Of a stretch of 64,000 bases of DNA, positions 1 to 15,264 are shown one piece after another. This stretch comes from Phaeosaccion multiseriatum (taxonomy: Eukaryota; Protista; Ochrophyta, other classes), in the NCBI GenBank assembly GCA_965112735.1, contig OZ218958.1:2418001-2482000 (forward strand). Direction: 5' to 3'. The notes under the pieces are model-generated. The model saw only the letters and a list, made by a program, of their open reading frames with translations, was not told where the DNA came from and ran no database searches. Each line of letters begins with the position of its first letter. Within the stretch, counting starts at the first letter, position 1. The position numbers and the translations under genes were made by a program.

Positions 1-202
1 GTGACCGGAGAGGGCCGAATGGGCAGAGTGGGCTGCGGGGACTGCGAACAAGACAGCCCCCCCACACCAACACCAGCACCAACACCGCCAGCGCCCCCCC
101 CTGGAGACTCCGACGGCGGCTGCTTGGAGAGAGACACGATGGTTCCCGGGGGGGGAGTCGCAAAGCCGCGGATGGTGCCCACCGGGGGAGTGGAGTAGCC
201 TC

Positions 203-250
<48 letters not shown>

Positions 251-531
251 CCGCCGAAGGAGCCAGCGAAGACATAGAAGAGAGGTCTGCGGAGGCAGAG
301 GACGGGCGCCGGTGCTGCTGCACGTATGGCTCCTGATGCATCCCCAAATGCTGCTGCTGTATCACCTGCTGCTGCTGCTGCTCTTGCTCTTGCTGCTGCT
401 GTGTCACCAACTGCTGCTGCTGCTGCTGCCCTTGTTGCCATGCGAGCTGCTGCTGGGGTGGCGTCGGGCAGTAGCGCTCTTCTCCTCCTGCTCCCTGTCC
501 TTCCGCTGGTCCTTGCTGCTGTTGCTGCTGT

Positions 532-574
<43 letters not shown>

Positions 575-1739
575 GCACGAAAGGAGGAAGGTCCCGGCTG
601 CCGCCGCCGCCGACGCTGCCCCTGCGAGTGTGGCGGATAGGTCCACTGCCCTCCCCCACCCCGCCCACCCCTCCCATCCCGGCCAGCATAAAGGGGGTGG
701 TGCTGTGCGGTCGCCTCTCGAGGCGCTCCTGCTCCTGCTGGGCTTGCTGGTTGGCTGCTGCCTCCCGTTGTTGGATGCTCCACCACTCATCCCCCCCCCA
801 CTCCTCCTGCTGCTGCTGCTGCTGCCGGCGGGGTGGGGGAATGTCGGTGTCGTAGAGAGGGGCTCTTCCTTTGACGCCGGCGGCTCCGGTCCCTGCCCCT
901 GCGGTGAGGGGTGCGTTGCCACCTCCTAGTCCTCCTCCTCCTCCTCCTCCTGCTGCTGCTGCTGTCTTACTGGAAGGGAAGATGGGCCCCGACGACCACT
1001 CTCTCGAGACATAGACTTGCTGCTGTCGCTGTGGCTGGTCGTGTTGGTCGTCGCGTTGTTGGTGCTGTAGCGCATGTTGCTGCTGCTGCTGCTGGATGAT
1101 CGACTGCTCCGGGTGCTGCGGCTCCGGCGACGTGAGAGTGAATTCCTCGAGCAGAGGAGACGTGCGGTGACTGCGAGTACCGGAGCTTCCCCCCCCCTCC
1201 GAAAGCGTAATGGGGCCGGAGTTGGAGTTGAGGCCGGGGCTGCCACTGTAGTCAGACGAGAGCCGCGAAGTGCGTGATGTAGAGGTGGTGAGGTTGAGCG
1301 TGGCCAGCATCTCCGACACATTGTCGCCGCTCTGCCTCCTCGGGTACGGCCCCTCTTGTTCCTCCAGATCTCCTTGCATCGGCAGTGGTGGCGACCTCTG
1401 CTGCTGCTGCTGCTGTTGCTGCCGCTGCTGCTGCTGCTGCTGCTGCTGCTCATCGTCGGCTTGAGGTAGCGGAGAGGGTGCCAGCACAGTAAAGGAAGGC
1501 GACGCTCCTGTTCCCGTGTGTGGGCCCAACCCCTTCCCAGCAGGAGAGGACCCTACGGGAGCACCCATCGCAGCCGCGGCGGGCTTGCCGACCGGGCCGA
1601 ATGAGCTCGTCCTGCTCTTACAGTCACGCTCTTGCCGCATGCGCAAAGGCGGCCCATCCAGAGACTGCCACTGGGCGTGCTGCGGCTCTAGCGGTGGGGC
1701 ATCTGATGCACTCATGCCCCCGTCCCCTTCTATGAACAT
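1..1739 (-). CDS. 5' part (>=579 aa, runs off the window start) of a Gln/Asn/Gly-rich intrinsically disordered protein; function unknown
   Basis: Manual translation from ATG at 1739 (MFIEGDGGMSASDAPPLEPQ...) stays open to position 3 through several poly-Q tracts and a poly-N tract (~205-250). In-frame stops lie just upstream (~1882-1887). Absent from the ORF track, presumably because no stop falls inside the window. Divergent from the TruA gene. Confidence 0.7.
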
Positions 1740-2327
1740 GTTTGACGCTCTGCGGCCGGGCTGCCGCGACGACGGGATGCTGCCTCCCCCGGATCCGTTT
1801 TGTCCCCGGCCGCAAAACCTTTCTTCGCGTCTACCTTCCAACCACCTCTCTGAAGAGCGCCAACGCCAGACACCGCCGCCTTACTATGTGTCTGTTGTCT
1901 GGCTCCCTTCAGCAAGCTGCTGAAGCCTGGGCAAAAAATGCACCCCCCTTTCTAAAGTAGGATCGACGACAGGGTCTGGTTAATTTCTGTAGCGTGAGAA
2001 ACTCCTCCACGTACAAACATGTGTATCTGCCCCTTTCACCGGCAGAGAGCAGCATCATGCTCTAGACATACATCCTCCACCTCCACTTTCCTCCCTTAGC
2101 GTGTGCAGCGCTGTTGCTGGTGCCTCTCTGAAGAGACGCAAAATGTGGGGAATCTGCACAATGGACGGGCTGTCGGGGTTTGCGGGCGCAGAATAGAGTT
2201 AAAGACTATGTCAATGATTGGCGCTGGCTGTCTTGGATAGTCTGGAGGGCGATTCCTCTTTCCTCTTTGGACTGCAAAGCATGAGAAGGGGGGAGAGCAC
2301 GGACAATAGGGAGCGGAGGCCTTTGAT

Positions 2328-6618
<4,291 letters not shown>

Positions 6619-6660
6619 GGAGGGGGGTGGAGAGGCGGTAGGAGGAGGAGGAGGAGGAGG

Positions 6661-6697
<37 letters not shown>

Positions 6698-7342
6698 GGA
6701 TGAGGAGGAGGAGGAGGAGGAGGAGGAGGGGGAGGAGGATGAGGAGGAGGAGGAGGAGCAGCAGCTGCGTGTCACAACGCCTCTGTACAGAGAGACACAC
6801 AGGGCAGGTCAGACCAGGTCAGGGGGTTACCACGCCCCTCTGTGGAAGGACAAGCAAGACAGGGCATGTCAAGGTCAAGCCAGGTAAGGTGAGGTGGTGC
6901 TGCTGAGTGCCTCCGTTGGTGAGCAAGACTTTACTATTACATACGTTCATGAAATCCCACTCTGCGATTAGAAAGTTCGCAGAGCAATAGAGAGGAATTG
7001 GAAGAAAGGCATGGCAGTTAGACCAAGGCAGAGCACAGACGATTTTCAGTTTCAGTGACCTTACCAACAACACCGAACACCATACATAGGGTGGATCTCA
7101 CAGAAGGGGGTTCGATCGATTCATTTGGACGCACTGTTAATGCTCTACACGGTACGAGGGAGCGGCTCGGAGGCAGGAGGGAAGACCCTCTCCTTGGACC
7201 CAATCCAATCAACAGTACACCTCCTCTCGCGCTTCTTCAGAGGAGCGATGGTAGGCGTTCCACTACTTCTCTCTCGCCTCCCACCACAGGCAGAGCAGCC
7301 TCACTCGCACGTGCAGCTTCTCAAGTCTTGGGTTGGCGATGC

Positions 7343-9439
7343 TCAGGGGTCAGCCCGGCTCCTCTTCCGCGATGGCCCTTCTTCCTCCTCTCTCTCGGTC
7401 TCGTTCTGCTCCAGCTCGAAGCCGTACTCTCCCATCAGCGTCTTCACCTCCCTCGACATGCCCTCCAAGCAGAAGAACTCCGCGGCCTGCAGAGCCTGCT
7501 TGGCTCGAACGTCGTCGAACAGCTTCACACGCTTCCTCTTCTTGCCGCCCCGGCCAGTGCCTTCAGCTCCCCCCCCTTCTCCTCGCCTACCGCTGCTGCT
7601 GCTGCTGCTGGTGGTGCCCCCCTCTGTACCTCCCTCTCCCGGCCTTCTCGTCAGCAGCTCCTCCACACTGCCCGTCGTCACGAACTGCACCACAGCCTCA
7701 AAGCCCTCCTCGGTGAAATCCACGCCATCATACTTCAGCTCTACACGCTTCATCTGCTTCTTGCCCTTCCCTGCCCCCTTCTCCTCCCCATCATCATCTT
7801 TATCAACCCCCTTGTAGCCGTGCTTCCTCGGGTCAAGCATATTCGGAAGAATGCCTGCCGCTGAGGCTTGGCCTGAGGAGGTGTTCACTCTCTCCTTCTC
7901 TCTTCCACTGACCCTCGCCGCCAGCCGCTCCATCAGAGGGATGCTCAAGACGTACTGCTTCTCGCCCTTCTCTCCACTGCGCGTATTCACCAGCCTAACC
8001 CGCACTGTGCTGTCAGCCTTCTCATCCTCAGCACCAGCCATCGTGGACAAGCAGTGCTCCGAAACGGTGTGAAGTCTGTCTGTGGCAGCGTTTCGCCGCT
8101 CCCGTTCCTTCCTGAAGAAAGAGGTAATGACACCACCGAAGCGTGCCTTCCCTGCCGCTTTCATCACCTTCTCGTTAACGTCAGCGCCCATCTTCAGCAG
8201 GAATCGAGCCACCTTCTCGCGCGCCTCCTTGTCTCCTGGTGATGTTGGAAAACTCTTCAAAGTCTGAGCTATCTTCCCTTCTCCAGGGCGCATGCACGAT
8301 ACCAAAGGACTTTCACCATCATCGGTGAGGGCATCGATCGCCGCTCCGCCCTCCACCAGGAGGTAGGCCATCTTGATGCTGCCCAGGGCGGCCGCGAGAT
8401 GCAGTGGGGAGATCGAATTCATGTCTTTGACATCGACAGAGGCATCGGCGCATATCAGCTCCCTCACAACCTTCACGTGGCCATTGAGGACCGCAAACCA
8501 GAGGGAAGTGATACCATATACATCGACAGCATCAAGGGGGGCACCGCGACGAATGAGCTCCTTCACACATCCCAGATGTCCATGAAAAGAGGCACAGTGG
8601 AGCGGCGTGTCCAACTCGTTGCTCCTTGCATCGGCCTGCAGCCCTCTGCCCACAAGAATGGGGATGCACTGCTCGTTTCCGGTGTACGCGGCGAAATGCA
8701 GGAGAGTGTGGCCATCTTCGTCCTTCACCTGCACATCTGCGCCTTTCTTGAGCAAGACTGACAGAGCCTCGGCCCGCCCTGCTTTCGAGCCCTGCTCGTC
8801 ACTCCCTTTGCAGCAATTCTGGGCAGCCGTATACCCATACTGATTCTTCTCGACGACATTGGCCCCCGCCTTCACCAACATCTTCACACTCGAAGGGCTC
8901 CCATTCCAAGCCGCACCGTGCAAGGCGTAGGTCCCCTCCCATTTGGCTCCATGCTGAAGCAAGTACCACACTATCATGGGGTGCCCGGCGGAGGCAGCAA
9001 GGCGTAGAGGTGTCCGTCCAGCATCACACTTGATGTTGACATCCGCACCTGCCTCCACTAACCCCTTCACCAAGTCAAAGTGCCCCCTGCGTGCAGCAAG
9101 GTGCAGAGCCGTCTCGCCAGGCTCATCTTCATCATCCAAACTGCTGAGTTTGGCGTCCAGGTGCAGTCCGCACTCCCCCAGCAGCTTCACCCCCTCCAGC
9201 ATCCTCGAACCCTTCACCTCCGAACAGAGTGTCTCCTTGCTCTTCTCAGTACCGGCGAGGTAGTGCAGCGGACCATACCCCTTCTGCTTCAGCTCCTCGA
9301 CATCGACGGTGCAGAGAACGGCCTTGAGCAAGAGCAGGAGGTCCTCCTTGCTGCTTCCCCAGCCTGAAGCCTCCAGCTCAGCTCTCTTGTCATACCACTC
9401 CTGCACCTTCCCGGCAATCCTCTCTCGCTCTGCACTCAT
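7343..9439 (-). CDS. Ankyrin-repeat/BTB-POZ-like protein, copy A1 (698 aa from ATG MSAERER), intronless
   Basis: About 10 ankyrin repeats (TALHLAA..GH, TPL.LAA..GH, TPLH.AS..GH). C-terminal BTB-like signature ELKYDGVDFTEEGFEAVVQFVTTG...ALQAAEFFCLEGM. Basic clusters KKRKRVK and RKRSR. The ORF track extends to a GTG at 9535; the ATG at 9439 is shared by all six copies. Confidence 0.88.
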   Translation of the reverse strand: MSAERERIAGKVQEWYDKRAELEASGWGSSKEDLLLLLKAVLCTVDVEELKQKGYGPLHYLAGTEKSKETLCSEVKGSRMLEGVKLLGECGLHLDAKLSSLDDEDEPGETALHLAARRGHFDLVKGLVEAGADVNIKCDAGRTPLRLAASAGHPMIVWYLLQHGAKWEGTYALHGAAWNGSPSSVKMLVKAGANVVEKNQYGYTAAQNCCKGSDEQGSKAGRAEALSVLLKKGADVQVKDEDGHTLLHFAAYTGNEQCIPILVGRGLQADARSNELDTPLHCASFHGHLGCVKELIRRGAPLDAVDVYGITSLWFAVLNGHVKVVRELICADASVDVKDMNSISPLHLAAALGSIKMAYLLVEGGAAIDALTDDGESPLVSCMRPGEGKIAQTLKSFPTSPGDKEAREKVARFLLKMGADVNEKVMKAAGKARFGGVITSFFRKERERRNAATDRLHTVSEHCLSTMAGAEDEKADSTVRVRLVNTRSGEKGEKQYVLSIPLMERLAARVSGREKERVNTSSGQASAAGILPNMLDPRKHGYKGVDKDDDGEEKGAGKGKKQMKRVELKYDGVDFTEEGFEAVVQFVTTGSVEELLTRRPGEGGTEGGTTSSSSSSGRRGEGGGAEGTGRGGKKRKRVKLFDDVRAKQALQAAEFFCLEGMSREVKTLMGEYGFELEQNETEREEEEGPSRKRSRADP

Positions 9440-10656
9440 CTTCCTCGAGAGCACACTCGCTCTTCCCCTACCCCGAGCGACTCTGTCGTACAGACAGCAG
9501 CAAGAAGGGTAAGGAAGAGGGAAACTAGACGCCACTCCGGTAGCCTCGAGCTACGAAAGCGTCTGCTTCAGCAGTCGGGCACAGATGGCGGTGGGAAAGC
9601 CGAGCGATAGGAAGAAAGGCAGCGAATACAGACTGAGATCCTCAGAAGGAGATAGAGAGGAGCACGAGCGGAACGAGGGGGAGAGGGAGGGGGAGAGGGA
9701 GGGGGGGAGGTGTCGGTATAATGCGTGCGAAAGGGGAATTTAACGCCCTGTGAGTCGTAGACCTGAAGGGGGGAAAGAAAGAGTTCCAGCTCGCTTTTTT
9801 TACTTTTGTTTGTCGTCTTCGGATTATCGTCGTCGCCTTCGCGCCTCATTGGAGGGAGGAGACGAATACAAGAGATACAGGCTATCGCAGACGAAGCGCT
9901 TTGGCAGTCTCAGCGAACACATTGTGGAATAGGGGTTGGGCTGCTGAGAGTGTGCTTGCGGCATTCCTGTGGCGAGAATTGGCGGCTGATAAAGCGAGGG
10001 TGCGTTTTCTTCAATTTTGACCATCTCAGTCAGGAGGATGGGCGAGCGCGACTCCATCGTCGGACATAGAGCTGGGGCAGCCATGTGTCTCCTCCGTAGG
10101 ATTGTGCGGAGCTTTTGATGTGCCGTCCTTGCTCTGTCACGCCACAGTCACTTTGACTTTTCCCTCAAAGGGTGAGTACTCCGGCTTTGCTGATGTAGCA
10201 ACGTGTAGATGCTGATGCTGGCCTTGTCTACCGTTCTCAGGGCCCGTCAGGTCATCATGCACTCCGTATGACACGTCTGGCAACTCCCGCACCACCGCTG
10301 TCTCCATGGGGCTTTGGTAGCGGGCCTTTCGCACGTGTTCGGCGTAGAGCAAAGTCGACGCAAAGGTGAGAGAGCAGGAGCGAGGCATGGAGAGGAGGCC
10401 AAACGGAGGGCTTCCCTCCTGAGCTATTGGCGGCACAGCAGGAATCGAAGGATCAAAGGTGTAGGCTGACAGATGCCCAAGTTTTAGCTTCCGCGAGCGT
10501 AAACCCATTTGGACAACAATGGCGGGCCTGTCCACTCTCTCATTTCCCCCCGTCAGAGTATCGGTCTTGCTCAATTGGCGTCATGGTAACCACCCTGCCC
10601 CTAATGCTCTACTCTAACTCTCGTCCACCTCTCCTCCGCGCCACTTTGGATCACAG

Positions 10657-12221
10657 GCGTGAAGCGAGCCAACGCCATGCTTCAGAGCATCCAAGGAGGC
10701 AAGGAGAGGGGAGGCGAGGAGGAGGGGGGGGGCGAGGGCCATCGCTGAGGATCATTCATGTACGGCAAGATCAAGACCGCTCACAAGGAAGATGTGTGCC
10801 GCCTTATGGAGGCGAGAGCAAGGGTAAGGACCCTGCGCCTGAGCAGCGGGGAGGAGGTACCTGTCATGGCTGTGGAGCTAGGTAAGAGAGGGGAGGGGGG
10901 GGGGGAGGGAGGGGTGGGCGACACTGCCTACTCTGCTAACATGGTCGGGCCTGCCTGTGCCATGGGTCCATATCCCGTACATACAAACCGCTCCTACCAC
11001 GCCTTGGTTGTCTGTGCCTTCCGTCTGGTGCCATGTTTGCGATTCTTTTCGAGAGAGCCCTCCATCCCTTTTCTGCCCTTCATTGCGTGACAAAAGGCCC
11101 CCACTCTCTTCTCCCGCCCTCCCTCCCTCCCTCCCTCCCTCCCTCCCTCCCTCCCTCCCTCCCTCCCTCCCTCCCTCCCTCCCTCCCTCCCTCCCTCCCT
11201 CCCTTCTCTCCTTGACTCCCTTCCTGGCGGTGGCGACCCATGTTCCTTCAACGATTCATTGCCCCAACCCCAAACCCAAACTCAACCCCCTTCTCCGTCC
11301 ACTGCCATCCGCCCTCTTCAAACCTCCCCCCCTCCCACCCACCATCGGCTGCCATCCCCCCCTCTCTCCCGCCTCCAAAAGTGGGAGACAGGTTTCTGCG
11401 GCGGCAGGTGCGTGCGTTTCCCCCCATCCTCCTCCCTCCATATCGTATCTCCACATACCCAATCCATCCACTGCCATCCAATGCATCTCATCCATCCACT
11501 GCCATCCAATCACCATATTACTCACTACCCAGGTGCGCATCCTTGTGTCGACCCTTGTACGTGAGTGCATGCTCGCGGCTCATCACGAGACGACCGAAAG
11601 GGACGGGCTGAGCAAGGTGCCCCATGTGCTGAACGAAGGGCTCAAGAAGGCGCCGCTAGAGGTACCCGTGCCTCCCATGAGGCTGGACAGCGACGGGAAG
11701 AGAACGTGAGTATTTGAGCAGAGTAGTGAGGTCTTTGGCAGAGCAGTAGTGAAGAGATCACGCCCTTTAAGTGCCATCGATGCCTACCTAAAAGTAACGA
11801 CCTTTCCGCCCTTCCTGGGGTTGCTTAGAAGAAGGGAGGGAGGTCGAGTAGTATAGTGAGAAGCAGGAAGGAAGAGCAGCCAAGCGCATCATCGATCCTA
11901 CGCCAAACAGGAACGAGACGGGGGCATGTATGACGACATGAGACAGCAAGGGGGGGGGGGTTGTGTGCTCTCTCGAGGGTTTATCGTCCTCTCCCTCCCC
12001 TCTCACGGCTTTCCCATCCACTGCCACCCCTCTCCCTCAGGGTACCCTCCCCATACATGCCGGGCTCGGAAACCGCTCTCCTGGACCTCCTTGGGGTGCC
12101 TCGAGATTGGATAGCGGCTCCTGCGCCATCCCTCGGCCTGGGCATGATGGGGGCCGGATACTCGGAGTGGGGATCGTAGCTCAGTCCGTGGGAGCGTCGT
12201 GAGGACGAGGGAGGAGGATGA
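10657..12221 (+). pseudogene. 5'-truncated TruA fragment (exons 6-9), unit S1
   Basis: Exons 1-5, including the catalytic GRTD motif, are missing. Premature TGA at 10746 (TGG>TGA) and TAG at 12177. Confidence 0.9.
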
Positions 12222-12302
12222 GGAGGAGGAGGAGGAGGAGGAGAGGCGGGAGGAGGAGGAGGAGGAGGAGGAGGGGGGTGTAGAGGCGGGAGGAGGAGGA
12301 GG

Positions 12303-12342
<40 letters not shown>

Positions 12343-12371
12343 GGAGGAGGATAATGATGATGATGATGATA

Positions 12372-12414
<43 letters not shown>

Positions 12415-13161
12415 GGAGGAGGAGGAGGAGGAGGAGGAGGAGGAGGAGGAGGAGGAGGAGGAGGAGGAGCAGCAGCAGCAGCAGCGGTTGCAGCAGGAGC
12501 TCGACTGAACGGAGCGAGAGCGGGATGGGGACGGGCGAGCTCCGTGTGGGAGGGAAGGGGGACGAAGGGGCACGAGAGACTGAGTGGGCTGTCACAACGC
12601 CTCTGTACCGAGAGACACACAGGGCAGGTCAGACCAGGTCAGGGGGTTACCACGCCCCTCTGTGGAAGGACAAGCAAGACAGGGCATGTCAAGGTCAAGC
12701 CAGGTAAGGTCAGGTGGTGCTGTTGAGTGCCTCCGTCGGTGAGCAAGACTTTACTTTTACATACGTTTATGACATCCCACTCTGCGATGAGACAGTTCGC
12801 AGAGTAGTAGAGAGGGATTGGAAGAAAGGCATGGCAGTTGGACCAAGGGAGAGCACAGACGGTTTTCAGTTTCAGTGACCTTATCAACAATACAGAACTC
12901 CATACACAGGGTTGATCTCGCAGAAGGGGGTTCGATCGATTCATTTGGACGCACTTAATGCGCTACACGGTACGAGGGAGCGGCTCTGAGGCAGGAGGGA
13001 AGACCCCCCTCCTTGGTCCCAATCCAATCAACAGTACACCTCCTCTCGCGCTTCTTCAGAGGAGCGATGGAAGGCGTTCCACTACTTCTCTCTCGCCTCC
13101 CACCACAGGCAGGGCAGCCTCACTCGCACGTGCAGCTTCTCAAGTCTTGGGTTGGCGATGC

Positions 13162-15264
13162 TCAGGGGTCAGCCCTGCTTCTTTTCCGCGATGGCCCATC
13201 TTCTTCCTCCTTCTCAGTCTCGTTCTGCTCCAGCTCGAAGCCGTACTCTCCCATCAGCGTCTTCACCTCCCTCGACATGCCCTCCAAGCAGAAGAACTCC
13301 GCGGCCTGCAGAGCCTGCTTCGCTCGAGCGTCGTCGAACAGCTTCACACGCTTCTTCTTCTTCCCTCCCCTGTCATTCCCTTCAGCTTCCCCCCCCCCTC
13401 CTCCTCCTCGCCTACCGCTGCTGCTGCTGCTGGTGGTGCCCCCCTCTGTACCTCCCTCTCGCGGCCTTCTCGTCAGCAGCTCCTCCACACTGCCCGTCGT
13501 CACGAACTGCACCACAGCCTCAAAGCCCTCCTCGGTGAAGTCCACGCCATCATACTTCAGCTCTACACGCTTCATCTGCTTCTTGCCCTTCCCTGCCCCC
13601 TTCTCCTCCCCATCATCATCTTCATCAACCCCCTTGTAGCCGTGCTTCCTCGGGTCAAGCATATTCGGAAGAATGCCTGCCGCTGAGGCTTGGCCTGGGG
13701 AGATCCTCACTCTTTCCTCCTCTCTCCCACTGACCCTCGCCGCCAGCCGCTCCATCAGAGGGATACTCAAGACATACTGCTTCTCGCCTTTCTCTCCACT
13801 GCGCGTATTCACCAGCCTAACCCGCACTATGCTGTCAGCCTTCTCATCCTCAGCACCGCTCATCGTGGAGAGATAAAGGGTAGAAACGGTGTGAAGTCTG
13901 TCTTTGACCACATTGCGCTCCTCCATCCCTTCTCGGAAGAAAGAAGCAACGCTATCACCGAAGCCTGCCTCCCCTGCCACCTTCATCACCTTCCCATCGG
14001 TAGAACTGCTGCCCATCTTCAGCAGGAATCGAGCCACCTTCTCGCGCGCCTCCTTCTCTCCTGGTGATGTTCGAAAATTCTCCAGCGTCCGAGCCACCTT
14101 CCCTTCTCCAGGGCGCATGCACGATACCAAAGGACTGTCACCATCATCAGTGAGGGCATCGACTGCCGCTCCACCCTCCACCAGGAGGTAGGCCATCTTG
14201 ATGCTGCCCAGGGCGGCCGCGAGATGCAGTGCGGTGATCGAATTCTTGTCCTTGACATGAACGGAGGCCCCTGCGCGTATCAGCTCCCTCACAACTTCCT
14301 CGAAGCCATTAAGGACCGCGAATAAGAGGGAAGTGCTACCAAGGACACCCACAGCGTCAAGGGGGGCACCGCGGCGAATGAGCTGCTTCACACATCCCAG
14401 ATGTCCATCCCAAGAGGCCAAGTGGAGCGGCGTGTCCAAGAGGTTGTTCCTTGCATCGGCCTGCAGCCCTCTGCCCACAAGAATGGGGATGCACTGCTCG
14501 TTTCCGAACAACGCGGCGAGGTGCAGGAGAGTGTGGCCATTGTCGTTCTTCACCTGCACATCTGCGCCCTTCTTGAGCAAGATAGACAGAGCCTCGGCCC
14601 GCCCTGCTTTTGAGCCCTGCCCCTCTTTCCCTCTGCAGCAACTCTGGGCAGCCGTGTCCCCATCCTGATTCTTCTCGAAAACATTGGCCCCTGCCTTCAG
14701 CAACATCTTCGCACTCGAAGGGCTCCCACACCAAGCCGCATCGTGCAAGGCGTAGGTCCCCTCCCATTTGGCTCCATGCTTAAGCAAGTACCACACTATC
14801 ATGGGGTGACAAGCGGAAGCAGCAAGGCGTAGAGGTGTCCGTCCAGCATCACACTTGATGTTGACATCCGCACCCGCCTCCACTAGCCCCTTCACCAAGT
14901 CAAAGTGCCCCCTCCATGCAGCAAGGTGCAGAGCCGTCTCGCCAGGCTCATCTTCATCATCCTCACTGCTGAGTTTGGCGTCCAGGTTCAGTCCGCACTC
15001 CCCCAGCAGCTTCACCCCCTCCAGCATCCTCGAGCCCTTCACCTCCGAGCAGCGTGTCTCCTTGCTCTTCTTAGCATCCGCGAGGTAGTGCAGCGGACCA
15101 TACCCCTTCTGCTTCAGCTCCTCGACATCGACGGTGCAGAGAACAGCCTTGAGCAAGAGCAGGAGGTCCTCCTTGGTGTTTCCCCAGCCCGAAGCCTCCA
15201 GCTCAGCTCTCTTGTCGTACCACTCCTGCACCTTCCCGGCAATCCTCTCCCGCTCCGCGCTCAT
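13162..15264 (-). CDS. Ankyrin-repeat/BTB-POZ-like protein, copy A2 (700 aa)
   Basis: Open ORF with the same architecture as A1; diverged ankyrin surface residues and linker helix. Confidence 0.88.
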   Translation of the reverse strand: MSAERERIAGKVQEWYDKRAELEASGWGNTKEDLLLLLKAVLCTVDVEELKQKGYGPLHYLADAKKSKETRCSEVKGSRMLEGVKLLGECGLNLDAKLSSEDDEDEPGETALHLAAWRGHFDLVKGLVEAGADVNIKCDAGRTPLRLAASACHPMIVWYLLKHGAKWEGTYALHDAAWCGSPSSAKMLLKAGANVFEKNQDGDTAAQSCCRGKEGQGSKAGRAEALSILLKKGADVQVKNDNGHTLLHLAALFGNEQCIPILVGRGLQADARNNLLDTPLHLASWDGHLGCVKQLIRRGAPLDAVGVLGSTSLLFAVLNGFEEVVRELIRAGASVHVKDKNSITALHLAAALGSIKMAYLLVEGGAAVDALTDDGDSPLVSCMRPGEGKVARTLENFRTSPGEKEAREKVARFLLKMGSSSTDGKVMKVAGEAGFGDSVASFFREGMEERNVVKDRLHTVSTLYLSTMSGAEDEKADSIVRVRLVNTRSGEKGEKQYVLSIPLMERLAARVSGREEERVRISPGQASAAGILPNMLDPRKHGYKGVDEDDDGEEKGAGKGKKQMKRVELKYDGVDFTEEGFEAVVQFVTTGSVEELLTRRPREGGTEGGTTSSSSSGRRGGGGGGEAEGNDRGGKKKKRVKLFDDARAKQALQAAEFFCLEGMSREVKTLMGEYGFELEQNETEKEEEDGPSRKRSRADP

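Noticed and set aside
6895-7340. Plus-strand coding-like stretch (VLLSASVGEQDF...YEIPLCDE) and long ORFs antisense to ANK-BTB, e.g. 40891-41832
   Set aside because: Frameshifts and stops differ among the six copies, no recognisable domain, and most of the length shadows the GC-rich opposite-strand ORF.
9440-9535. 32-aa N-terminal extension of A1, A3 and A4 from an upstream GTG
   Set aside because: Non-ATG start, and the frame is disrupted in A2, A5 and A6. The ATG of MSAERER is common to all copies.
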